Source: Gonapodya sp. JEL0774 (taxonomy: Eukaryota). Taken from it: a stretch of 64,000 nucleotides of DNA. The DNA is taken from contig JADIIX010000127.1 in NCBI GenBank assembly GCA_027604505.1, positions 1-64,000 of the forward strand, read 5' to 3'. Below are positions 25,632-37,313 of this stretch, piece after piece. Below the pieces are notes generated by a model. The model ran no database searches, was not told where the DNA came from, and saw only the letters and a list, made by a program, of their open reading frames with translations. Every line of letters starts with the position of its first letter. Position 1 is the first letter of the stretch. A program made the translations under genes and the position numbers.

Positions 25632-27311
25632 TTACAGAGAATTAGGTGCAATTACGTTCTGCGGCCTAGGGGAGAAGAAGGCTCGCATAGTCTCTGCAGA
25701 CTTGAGGCGAATGTCATCGAAAGCTTCCGGAGTGTAGTAAGCAGCGTGCTGTAACAAAGTTTGAGATAAGATGTGAATAATTTTGGTGAGACGATGTTGG
25801 ACAGTATCTCCTCACCGGTGTGATGATGAGCTTTCCATTAATCCAGTCTTCGCATTTTCTGAAGGCTTCAAGCAGGCGAGGAAACGGTGCTTTGGGGGGT
25901 TCAACCTATTGGAGACCAGGAAATCGCACATTGTAAGGCGTGCAGATTGACCCTCCAAGAAAAATTGTTTCGAAGTGGGGAAGCCTTGTTTCCAAAACTC
26001 ACGGGCAGTACGTCCAGACCGGCTCCACTTAGGTGTCCGTCTTTGAGCGCATCGTACAAAGCCTCAATGTCATAGGTGGGACCACGGCTGGTGTTGATGA
26101 AGACAGCGTTTTTCTTTAACAATCGGAACTCTCGAGCGCCAATCATACCACGGGTTTCGGGGTTCAGGCTGGGTTCAGGACGGCACAACAGTTTTGACTC
26201 TGGTCTGTGCTTTTGACTAATTCTTCTAACACAAAGGGTACTCACTTGCAATGTAAAGTGAGAAGATCACATTCTTTCAAAAATTCATCCAAGTCGCGGT
26301 ACCGCTCCACATTCACCGCCCTTTCGAACCCATTGGGAATGTATGGATCGTACGCTATTACGCGGAACCCGAACGCTTTTGCCCTGAGTGCCACCGCGGT
26401 TCCAATACGGCCCAGTCCAATGATTCCAAACGTCTGAACACTCATTCGCCGGATCACGGGGTCCTCGACCACGCGCCAGTCCACACTGTCCGGTGCCACG
26501 GGCCGTTCAGGCTTTGAGCGTTGGCGCTCGAGGACTCCGTTAAAGCGGTCAGCGTGATAGAAGAAGAGACCACGACGGAGTGCTAGAGCCATTGACATGG
26601 CTTGGTCGGCTACTTCTTCGGTTCCGTCTATGGTGGCGGGGAGGCTGGGTCAAGGAACCCCAGGCCGAATCCAATTAAAAGTATGCAATGGATAAACTCA
26701 CAGTCGGGTACGTTCATGACGGCAACTCCAAGCTCTGCGCACGTCTTCCGATCAACAATATCGTAGCCAACACCCATTCTGCAGACAGCTTTCAAATTAG
26801 GAAACTTGCGAATTTCCTCGCCCGGCCCAGGTATCCTCCATATTTGCAGGCCAACGACATTCTCCCTCTGTTCAGGTGTCAAGTCAGCAAGAGAGCCTAG
26901 TCGTGGAGTCATGACGACTTCAAAGTCTGGTCCGAAAATCTTCTTCTCCAGCTCGGAATCCGAGTACATGCCATCTAGAAAGGAAAGCAGACTGAGACAA
27001 GATTGCACAGTTTCTGACGGTATATGATGGGAGACCTCTCCAGCCGACATCGGGCTCCCGGATTGCAATCCAGAAGCTCTTTGGAAAGTCCCGACTAAAC
27101 TTTTTCCATCAGCTCTCCACTAAAAAGCTCCTTGTAACCCCTTTGAAGTTCTCTTCAGTTTCTTTCTTCCAGAATGATCAGCAACACCATGATGATTTAT
27201 GGCCGCTGATGCTGTTTTCTCACAACTGAATACCATCTCAGAAAATGGCGAAATCGGACCTGACCAGGACTTACCAACGTAGAGAATAACGTTAGGTTTC
27301 CTGGCTGACAT
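25632..27311 (-). CDS. D-isomer-specific 2-hydroxyacid dehydrogenase, CtBP-like subfamily
   Basis: RMGVGYDIVD, NVPDYGTEEVADQA, GIIGLGRIG, AYDPY, INTSRGP, GAGLDVLP, TP|HAAYYTPEAFDDIRLKSAETMRA. Exon 1 MSARKPNVILYV is joined across a ~300-nt intron. Confidence 0.9.
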
Positions 27312-27661
27312 TGGGGAGTGTTGCGATTCGCGAATCCGCTGGGTCTGATGGGAGTAAAAAGGTGAGGTGGGCGGTCAGTTTCACAGATGGCGGAAGCAAA
27401 CCAACTGTACCAACCCTATTATGTCGCCAGCAACAATGCTTCCGAAACCCTTTGAAGCCCACGAATGACTTCTGATGACAGATCTGCCAGCGCTTGAATG
27501 ATTTGTTTGTCTTCACAAGAATAATTTAATTACATACCATAACGCGCGACTGTGGTCTCATTGTAGATTCAGCCACAGCCTAACCACCAAACCACTGCGG
27601 CTTATTAGTCCCGATTCGCTCTGTGGTTCACCGTTCCATTCTCAGTCTCTTCCATCTGCCC

Positions 27662-29475
27662 ATGAACGTCGCTATTCTCGACGACTACCAACATGTTGCT
27701 GCTCGAATGGCAGATTGGTCACGTCTCGGGGAAGCCCCTTACCATTGCAAAGTCACTTTTTTCCACGACACTGTGGCCGATCGAGAGCTGGACGGGTTGG
27801 TGAAGAGACTGGACAAGTTTGAGGTGATTGTTGCCAGTGAGTTCGTGGTGATCGAACGAGAAAGAGGCAGTTGGTTGCTGTTTCTCGCCATACACAAGCA
27901 TTCGCGCGTGACCGTACAAAACATACATATGCATTCTTACCCGACTTCATAACACCTAAAATAAAGTGCGTGAACGCACTCCATTCCCGCGAACTCTCCT
28001 GACGCGCCTCCCGAAACTCAAACTCCTCATAACGACCGGGCCAAGAAATGCGAGCTTTGACATGCAAGCTGCTCAGGACCTTGGTATTGCTGTTGCTGGA
28101 ACGAGGATGACGCCACAGTAGGTTGGAACATAGTGGGGGCAAGGACGGCTAAGGTGGAAGATCAGTGGACACCGCACACAGGGAATTGCCCATGGTCATC
28201 AAGGCGGTCGATGATTGGAAACGGGAGTGAATTAAGTGCTAGAGCTGGAAAATCCACCACTGTCATGTGGTTAATTAAGAAACTGCAACCCATATCAAGA
28301 GCCAGCGCTCATTTCGCAAATCCCTCTGTTTTCAAGCCCTACCGCCGAACTCACGTGGGCTCTCATCTTGGGTGAGTGGGTTTGTTCTCTTCTGCCTGCG
28401 CAATTGCAAACCACTTCATTTTCTAGCCCTTGCGCGGAAGATTCCCCACGAAGACGCAACGATAAGGCGGAATGGATGGCAGTCTACACTTGGCTCGTGC
28501 GTTGTTAACTTGATTTTCTCTCTATCTGTATAATGTTAATGAGTTCGTCTCCGTGAACTTTATCGATTTTTTTCTACTGAATATTCTACCCAGCGACCTA
28601 TCCGGAAAAACACTTGGTCTCTTCGGTCTGGGCCGCCTAGGCTCTCAAGTCGCCCGAGTCGGCCTTGCTTTCAACATGAACGTCTTGGCGTGGTCGCCCA
28701 ACCTCACTGCCGCCATATGCGCCTCCGCCGGGGTAGAACTCGCATCGAGTTTGGAAGATTTGCTGAAGAGGAGTGATTATTTTTCGGTGCACGTGGTGCT
28801 CGGAGACAGATCCAGGGGTGTGATTGGACGGAGGGAGTTGGGGTGGATGAAGAAGACCGCTTACTTGGTGAATACCAGCCGCGGTGAGTTGGACGTGCCA
28901 GTTTTGCGTTGAGTTCCAGTGCGCCCTTACCGTATCTCCGATTTCTTAACCGTTCCAATGTGGGTACTGTTTTGGTTCATTGCCCTCGCCGGCAGGACCT
29001 ATTATTGATGAAAATGCACTTGTCGAGGCGCTTGTCGACGGTACAATTGCTGGGGCGGGCCTTGACACATTCGACATCGGTGAGTTTCGAATCGCGATGT
29101 GGGTGGCGGCCCGATTTCTTGTGCACACGGACCGCACCAACATCAATGTTCACAGAACCTCTTCCCGTGGGTCACATTCTCCGCACCCTTCCTAACACGG
29201 TACTTACACCGCACATCGGGTATGTTGTGGAGAGTGCATACAAAGTGGCGTACAGGTATGTGACACAAGTGCCCCAGTTTATCTGGAAATGTCTGAGGTC
29301 ACACACGCTCGAATCGTCGTCCTCTCCAATGACGTATTCGTAAAACAATGACAGTGATGCCCTTGCTACGATTATCGAGTTTGTGGCGTCTGGGGGGACA
29401 GTTGTAAAGGGTCGCATCGGTGGGAACAGCCAGCCGCAAAGGAAAGAAGGGTCGAAGGGAGATTCTAAAATCTGA
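27662..29475 (+). CDS. D-isomer-specific 2-hydroxyacid dehydrogenase (bacterial-type, PGDH-like), C-terminus -SKI
   Basis: MNVAILDDYQHVA..ADWSRL, MRERTPFPRTLLTRLPKLKLLITTGPRNASFD, PTAELTWALIL, GLFGLGRLG, LVNTSRGP, TPHIGYV, terminal exon ..KGDSKI*. Confidence 0.9.
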
Positions 29476-29753
29476 AACAAATGTATTGTAAGATCATATT
29501 GGACGGAGGATGGAGTGGCACGTGAAAGGTCGTCCATACCACATCTCATTGTTGTCAGTGCGTTCCTCCTGACATGGTAACCATTTATCTATGCAAGTCC
29601 ACAACTATGATCACGAATGATGTATAAGTGCTGGTTTGAAATAGAAAAGGTTCCCGAACTGTGGAGGATACGGGGAGGGTTGCCACAGCTACTTTGGTCA
29701 ACTGCGCAAGAGATAACTGAATTGACTTGCCTGACTCACTCTGTTCACTTGAA

Positions 29754-30384
29754 ATGTCCTCACCGGTTGAGTCCACTCCCATTGAGAGCACTGCGATGAA
29801 CGTCCAAGTGCCCACTGCTGCAGATGATCGACCGTCGCAGCAGACACCAGTGCCCAAAGTTGTAAAGGGAAGGAATGTTTCGGGTAAGCCATGGTTGCCG
29901 CTTCCACAAGCAGTGTGGAGACGCTTATTTACAGCGCTCGGCTTTCTACGGGACGATGGCTATTGCGTACGTTTTGGGAACCGTTCGGACCTTCTTCCCT
30001 GCTGGCAACCGTTTCCTGGACCTGAAGGCCGAGTATGGAAGGAAACACAGACGCAAAGACACTCTTTGAGATACAAATCGAGGGTAGAACGCAAGGCGAG
30101 TTTTTGAGCTTGCTTCTCATGTTGTTCGCTTCTGACCTCGTTTTCGGCGACAGTCCTGGTCGGTTCGCGTCGAAGCACGCAAGCAGTCTTCCATTCTCAA
30201 AACCGTCGCCGATGAAATCAAGCGGCAAAAAGATGCGGCGAAGGAGGCGGCGAAGAAGCGGCGGGCAGAGGCCATCAAGAAGAAGGAGGAAAACGAGAAG
30301 AAGGCCGAAGTCGTGCAGACCATTAGCGCTGCGAAAGTCAAGCGGATGAAGAAGAAGGAGCTTCGAAGAGTGAAAAAGGCGTAA
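29754..30384 (+). CDS. CGR1: rRNA-processing protein Cgr1 / CCDC86 family
   Basis: Spliced ..GRNVSG|RVWKETQTQRHS..|SWSVRVEARKQ..KKKEENEKKAEVVQTISAAKVKRMKKKELRRVKKA*. Confidence 0.8.
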
Positions 30385-30946
30385 GACGTGAGAATTCGGG
30401 TTGTGACGGAATGGGAGTGGGGAACTTTAGGGAAACTAAACACCCGCTATAGACAAGTCAGGGAGGCTGGAGTGGTGAGGAACGTCGTAAATGAACTAGT
30501 GAACTCTCTGTCCGGACAGCATTTACTTGATTTATTTTTGAGTATTGGTCGTGACTGCTAGTATGTCCAACAATTGTACAAAAATTACCCTTAGGGTGGG
30601 TCGCATGCATATCACTTTGTTTGCAGACTTAGAACGTGAGCACAACAAAAGCTTACTCTGATCTTGCAATTGCCAAAAATTAATATCTGTAGGGCCGTCG
30701 TTGTCAGTCAAATCTTGACCTGCTCGTGGCACTTCTCTCAGTTGCACCACACAAAATAGTCTGATTTGATTTTCGATTGTTGCGTAAACGAATCTACCAA
30801 TATTCTCAGCACTATTGATCTACAAATATACCCAGCATTCAAGAGGATGCCTGTTCGAGACTGGTGCTCCTTATCAGCAGCCCACAGGTAAATTTTCTGA
30901 CGTACCATGTAGTGAACCCTCTCAAGGCTATCACTTCCAGCAAGTC

Positions 30947-32456
30947 TCACCACAATCCATGAACGTGCTCTTTGATGTACTTGTCGTAAACTGATTGCAC
31001 GGCCGCCATTTGGTCATCGGTGAGAGGAGGAAGGCTCGCCGTCGCGACATTGTCCTCAACCTAACCCCCAAAATAGTGAGGAGCATTAGTTCCCGGAACC
31101 GGCAGAAAATATTTGAACAAAAGTGAATCTCAAACCGGCTACTGACCTGTTGCTTTGTCCTACACCCCGGAATCACCACACTCACTTCCTCGAACATCAA
31201 TATCCACTTGAGCGAAAACCTACTCAACGGCATGTCCCCCGCCACTTTCTTGAGCTCCTCCACCGCCGGGTACGCCGTCTCCTCGAGCACATGGCCCAAC
31301 CCGGACCATGTTTCCCCCGCGTCGAACGCCGCGCCAGTGCGGTTGAACTTGCGGTGGTCACCCTCGGCTATGCTGGCGAAGTATTCGCGGGTAATTTTGC
31401 CAGTGAGGAGGCCCGAGGCGAGGGGGACGCGGGGGATGATGGCTACGTCTTTTGATTTTGCGAGGGGGAGGACCTGAGGGGATGTGGGGATTCGAGATTG
31501 TGGACGGCTTTTTCAACAGGGCATGATTCTAGTTACCTTTTCTGCGACCTTGAGCCTGAAGGCGTTGAAGATGACCTGGATGGATGCCAGATCTGGAACG
31601 TTCTACCAAGAGAGTTGAGCACCTCAGTCGCCGCCATTGAATTTATGTGACATTCCAAATCGACATTGTTCTCTTAAATCACTCACATCCAGACACCACA
31701 GCGCCTCCTCGCACGTTTCGATGCTCACTCCAAAGTATTGAATCAGATTATCTTGGTCCCGCAGCTTGCGAAGGGCATCAAACACTGTGCCTTCCTTCAA
31801 TGTCGCCATGGGCGGGCAATGAAGCTGAAGCAAGTCCAGAGTTTGTACACCGAGCCTTCGGCAGCTTTTGTGGGGAGAAAATCCGTCCATAAGTAAAATC
31901 GCACAACCATAGCGTTCTTTATGTGAAGAGAGCAGTCACGCGTACCTGCCCTCTACAGATGCTTTCAAAGCTTCGTATGTGTAGTTTTGAGGTCCGTGGG
32001 GGGAGTTTGAAATCGGTGAATCCACATCGCCGTGGCAACGTCCCGCCTTGGTTATGACGTACACTCTCGGAGAGCCAGGAGGACGTTGTGCGAGTACTTT
32101 TTGTATGATTTTTTCCGAGTAGCCATCACCGTACCTGGAAAAAAAAATCGTAAACACACAGATGCAGTGACCCCTTCCACTTGGCAACTCACACGTTGGC
32201 AGTGTCGATGAGGTTGCCCCCAGCAGCCAGGTATGCCTCCACAGCTGCGATAGAATCTTCATCTGTAGAGTTTTGCCAAGATCCGTTCGGACCTAGCATA
32301 GGATTCCGTAAAGGTCTTTGTGATTCCTAGTTCAAGTTATTTTGCGGGGAAGAGGGGTTGATTCGTACCAGCGAGTTGCCACGCTCCGAACCCGATTTCA
32401 GAGACCGTCCATCCCGTTTTTCCGAATCTGCGAACAGGAATTTCGCCGAGTGTCAT
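30947..32456 (-). CDS. Aldo-keto reductase, bacterial-type subfamily
   Basis: RRFGKTGWTVSEIGFGAWQL, GGNLIDTA..YGDGYSE, VITKAGR, LDLLQLHCPP, GVSIE, IIPRVPLASGLLTGK, DHRKFNRTGAAFDAGETWSG, VIPG, ends YDKYIKEHVHGLW*. Confidence 0.9.
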
Positions 32457-33030
32457 TTTTGAGCGAGGGAAATGAGCTGTTCGGTTTGTGGAAAGTGCTT
32501 GCACTGACTTTGTACCGCGATCACCCCCCGATCGCAAGGATCGCGGATCAGCAACCGCCGAATTTCACATAAATATGTAGTATGCACATTCCATATTGAA
32601 CAAAGAGATGGATGTTCGGTCAGTACTCCCAGTGGTAATAGTGCCCCCCGCAACATGACCAAATAAAATTGCACGACAACCAACTCGAAGAGGATATGTA
32701 CATATCTCCGTTTCAAGCTAACACTCGAACGTTGACTGGACTACACTTGATGTGACTGCTTCCGTCGAAACTAATTATTTTTGCCTGGAGAGCGGCTCAC
32801 CGTTGAGCGAAGTTAAAAGCTGACAACACTTTCACAACTTGAGGTCATCAATGACGTCACATCGAGAGGAGTAACTTTGCATTTTTCTAACACCTCTTAG
32901 CTGCCTTGTTCATCGTCGTGCGGGTCATGCACTGCGTGACACATTTCCCACCTGTTGGGCCTGGCCGTCTGGTGGAACACGCGTGGTACCCCAAACCTTT
33001 CTTGGCTCTGAGACCCTGCAAAACAAGCCG

Positions 33031-35274
33031 ATGGGGCGCCAGCAGCGTCGTGGGGCACCATCAAAGCAGGGAGTGGATAGTTCGGCGATCGGGAAGACCG
33101 ATGGCGGGGCCAAAGGGGACTCCGCCCCCCAACCTTTCAAAGCGACGCGAGCGCAACAAATATTTGGATTCTCTGCCGCGTCGCTCTTTCTTGCAATCCA
33201 GTTTCGTGGAATCGTGGCCATCCTACCTAAACTGGTGGAACCATGGTTCGGGACACTCCTTGCACGATATCATGTCTTTCCGACGTGCGTCGCCCTTGTG
33301 ATCATATCATGGAGTTTCACTTACGCGTACTTCTTCTCGAGACAATATGATGTCATGCCCGATCACCTTATCTCTCCTGCAATGTGGCTCTGTGTTATCT
33401 TTGCCCTTCTTCTTGGAGGCTCCCCGCAGCTTCTCGAAGCAGGATTCGTTATCGGGAACCTGCTTGCGGACCGTATCAGTCCACAGTACGGCGCTTACGC
33501 GATGCATTGTCTGATAACATTCCCAGTTATTGTCGTTGTGGGGTGCCTCGCAGGATTGGCTCAATTTGGTGCCTTACGTCTTGGGCACGCGCGAAACCAA
33601 AGGGGCAGCACATACACTGCGTTTTCCAGTTCAACGGCGATACTCATATGGTTCATCATCAATTCTCAAAAGTATGGACCACCCAAAACGGTCAATTCGT
33701 TTGAAAGAGTTGCGGCGATGTCTGCGGCTGGGGCAGGTGGTTTCCTTCTCCTGGCATTCTTGCAATCATGGGCAAGGGATAGAGGAGCACAAGCTGCGTT
33801 CGAAACTTTAAAGGCTGAGAGTGAACCCGTTCCGACCCCTATTCCGAGTCAGGATCCATCTGAGGTTCCCAAACCACAACTCACCATCACCACGAAGATG
33901 CCTTTCATATTTTTAGCGTTGGGCCTCCTTTGGTACAATTCCAATAACAACCCACATTTTGTTAAGGGTGTGGTCCAGGTAAGGAATGCGGTCTTCACCG
34001 TTGTCACGAAGATTCCGTTGGGTCATCCATCTGCAATTTTCGTTCTTTCACCAATAGAACCTTCACAACGCACCCTCTTCCAACTTTACCATCCTCGCCC
34101 GCAGAGAATCCGTCACTGGCTTTCTCTCCACCGTGTACCTTCCCGACCGGGCAACCACCATTATTCGCGCTGGACACTCTGTGATCGGAGGCCACGCAGA
34201 ATACTCGGAGCCGGGTCTTGAACCGGAGACAGTTTTTCCTGCCTTTCACCTGCACGAACTTGGGCGACTTGTCAAGAATCGCGAGACCGGAGGCAATGAG
34301 CGGGCGTTGGTAATCGGACTTGGAGTCGGTACAGCCGCCAAAGGGCTCGCGAAACTCGGAGTACGCGTAGATGCAGTGGAAATAGATCCGGCCGTGGTGG
34401 ATATGGCTCGCGAGTTTTTCGCGCTGGACTCTGCCAACGTGACTGTGCGCGTACGAGACGGACGGGAGTCCTTACAAAGAGGACCCAGGGGCATATATGA
34501 CTATGTTGCGCATGACGTTTTCACCGGAGGCGATGCGCCAGCTCGGCTGGTTTCTGTGGAGGCAATGCTCGGGGTGAGGAGGGTTCTGAAGAAGGATGGT
34601 GTGTTGACGCTGGTGAGTGGCAATGACATGGTTTTACTACCTTGACGGTGCACAAATCATGTACTGAAGTTTATACGTCTTTGTGTCGTGTCTGCTTTTG
34701 ATCTCCACAGAACATCGTCGCCTTTCAACCGTCTCCTACTTTCACCTCCGTAGCTTCCACTCTGGCCTATACCTTCCCATACGTGCGCTGCTTCCGAGAT
34801 AACACACCTGGCAGCTCACCTGATGGATTGCGAAACTATGTAAGTAACAGAGAATGCTCCTTTCGTGTACTTCACTGGTATTGACAGCGCCTCTCCCTCA
34901 TTCCTCAGATCTTTCTCGCGTCCGCCCACCCCCTTAACCTCCGCCCCGCATCTGCACTTGATATTTTCTCCTCCGAAACTCGCCGCCTTGCCCTTACTAA
35001 CTTCCCGAACTGGGAAATTGACATTCGGTCCACGGTCTCGGGTGTCACTCGCCCCCCCCAACCTGACGCCAAGGCCACAGATGGCCAATACATGGATTTC
35101 GTGAGATCGGGATTCGGTGTGGTGATTCCAGAAAAGGCGAAAGGTTCCAGTCGGATAGGGAGACTTTTGACAGATGAAGATCCCCTCACCGATGACGAGG
35201 GCTTGAAGGCCGCAGAGGAGTATTGGAAGTTAGCAAGAGTCATGTTTCCTGACGAGTTTTGGTGGAACTATTGA
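33031..35274 (+). CDS. Multi-TM membrane protein with C-terminal spermidine-synthase-like class I SAM-binding domain
   Basis: Hydrophobic N-terminal half, then ESVTGFLS..IIRAGHSVIGG, ALVIGLGVG, AVEIDPAVV, YDYVAHDVFTGG, LKKDGVL, ends YWKLARVMFPDEFWWNY*. Confidence 0.8.
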
Positions 35275-35658
35275 TGGCACAATACACTTCGGGGGAAACC
35301 AATGACGGGCATCCCCAGGACCAACACAATCTCTTGATGTTACGAATTCACCCCGTAAAGCATGTGAGTCATCGAAGACTTCCAATTATTAAAAGCCGCT
35401 AATGTACAAGACATGAGCCCGAGAAAGAAAGAATAAGCCAACCCGCGCCCCATATGTATACAACAGAGTCATACACGGCTCATCACACAAATCGAATCCC
35501 TAAGTAAAGCTGTGTGAATCGGACATTGGTTCTTCTAATATGAGGTGCACGTGGGAGTCCATGTCGTTCGGTTCAAGGGTATACGTCTTTTTTGGTAGAT
35601 GTTTGTCGTGGTGTCGGATGAATTGAAGGTCTACCAAACATAACCACTCACGAACAAT

Positions 35659-36745
35659 TCATGCATTCGCAGGATTGCTTGCACTCGTCTTCCAGTTCGC
35701 GGCGGCGACCTTGAATGCTTCCTGGAATGGTGCGAGGTAGGTGACAAATACGTAGAGGTTGAAGTTGGAGAGCAATGTACTGTATCAAGGACAAACCTTG
35801 TGACTTATTGTTGGAGTTTCTTTCTGTTGTAGCGAATGAGGTTGGAGTGAGGGATTCGAGGTGAGCAGTGATAGATTCTTGGTGAGCGACAATGGCATCC
35901 TCGCTCACCTTGACCTTTGCCAATTCCTCTGTAAGATGGCGCAAAAGGAGCAAGAGAGAAGATGAAATATCACGAGTGAGTGACTATTTGACCAACTAAT
36001 ACGTGGCGCGTGAATGAAAACGGGGGAAGTAAAATTACGTGCCTTTCATGAATCTGGGGATTTGTGAGATGTTTTTAAACAGTGAGACACTACATAAGAA
36101 GCAGATTAGGCTGATAGTGTGCTTACTTGTTGTAGAGCCTTAAGTGCACATCGATTCGGGTGAAAACGTTGGTTGGGGTGTGATAGTCAGAATGGAATTG
36201 AGCTGTGCACGTATTGATTGAAGTTGCGACCCTAGGAATCCAGACTCACGAAGGTTCTCTCGGGGCCCTTTCCTTCTTCTCCTTCTTGGGTCGGTCAGCT
36301 TTGGGTTTTGCTTCCTTGGGCTGGGAGGCAAAGTGGAGGAGATTTGTCAGGCCCACCGCGACGTAATCGCGCATTTCGAAACAGAAACCGAAAAGAATGA
36401 GCATCAGAATTCGTTTTATCCTTGGATATCGCGGGATAAAACGAGCGATGTGGAATGTGGGATCAATTGGGCCGGCTTCAAGTGAAACAGCACGATTTGT
36501 CCGCGAGACACGGATCCGGACACGTCGATACAGAATCCCAGAGGGCGGCAGGTACGAATCGGTTCCTGTCGGTGATCGAGCGCAGACCTCGTCCCGCTCT
36601 TGCCGCTCCCGCCGCGCAAGATCCGCCCAGGAATCAGCGAAATGGTGAGAGTACCAGCGGATCGGATCCCGACACCGCAGACATCGAACATCGATGGCTC
36701 CATCTTGCTTCGATAATCTTGGAAAGGGCAGATAAAACTCACCAT
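35659..36745 (-). CDS. 68-aa YABBY-type HMG-box-like DNA-binding protein in 7 exons (missed by the ORF track)
   Basis: Exons 36743-36745 (ATG), 36250-36320, 36127-36138, 36043-36053, 35909-35928, 35797-35823 and 35659-35721 total 207 nt and give MPKEAKPKADRPKKEKKERAPREPSLYNKFMKEELAKVKKETPTISHKEAFKVAAANWKTSASNPANA*. Confidence 0.88.
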
Positions 36746-37313
36746 CGAAATGTACAGGCTGTTGCTAATTGGATAAAGGGCTGGGTCACGTTGCCACCCA
36801 CCGATTCCGAGCACCGTGCACGTTTGCCAGCCAGTCCGAAATCGCAGAGTGAGATAGTCACTCTGCAATGTCTCAAGTATTTACTGAACTATGAATGCTA
36901 AGAGACCACCATTCTGAATAAATCGAACATCAATTCAGGAATTCAGCAAAAAATTTATACACTACTTCCTTGTTAGATGATAAAGCGCGTCTTGAGTCCA
37001 AATAAATACATTATGATTTGGAAATTAATTATGGACGTCAAATGAGATTCGTGGACCACAGCCCTCAGGTTGACCCTTCCAAATCCGTAGATCCCGCCTT
37101 CCATCACAGAATTCCACCAACCTTAATCGTTTCGCCTTCTTCGCAAGCGCCCATTCTTCGGCTCTCTTGTATTGGAGCGTTCTCGGCGCACTCAAGTCGC
37201 CTTCCCGTCCGTGCTCTATTTTCACCGCCCTCCCATCATCTCGAACGCCGGCCAACTCACCCGCTCAAACGCGCGCCTAAACACCCTGCGAACGTATTGC
37301 TACGCGATTAATC

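Noticed and set aside
26976..27274. Known TPP or glycine riboswitch in the dehydrogenase intron
   Set aside because: The TPP core arrangement and the glycine aptamer consensus are not present in order; kept only as an unclassified structured intron.
36416..36901. ORFs 36416-36868 (-) and 36455-36901 (+) as genes
   Set aside because: They overlap the first intron and 5' region of the YABBY-like gene and show no recognisable protein features.
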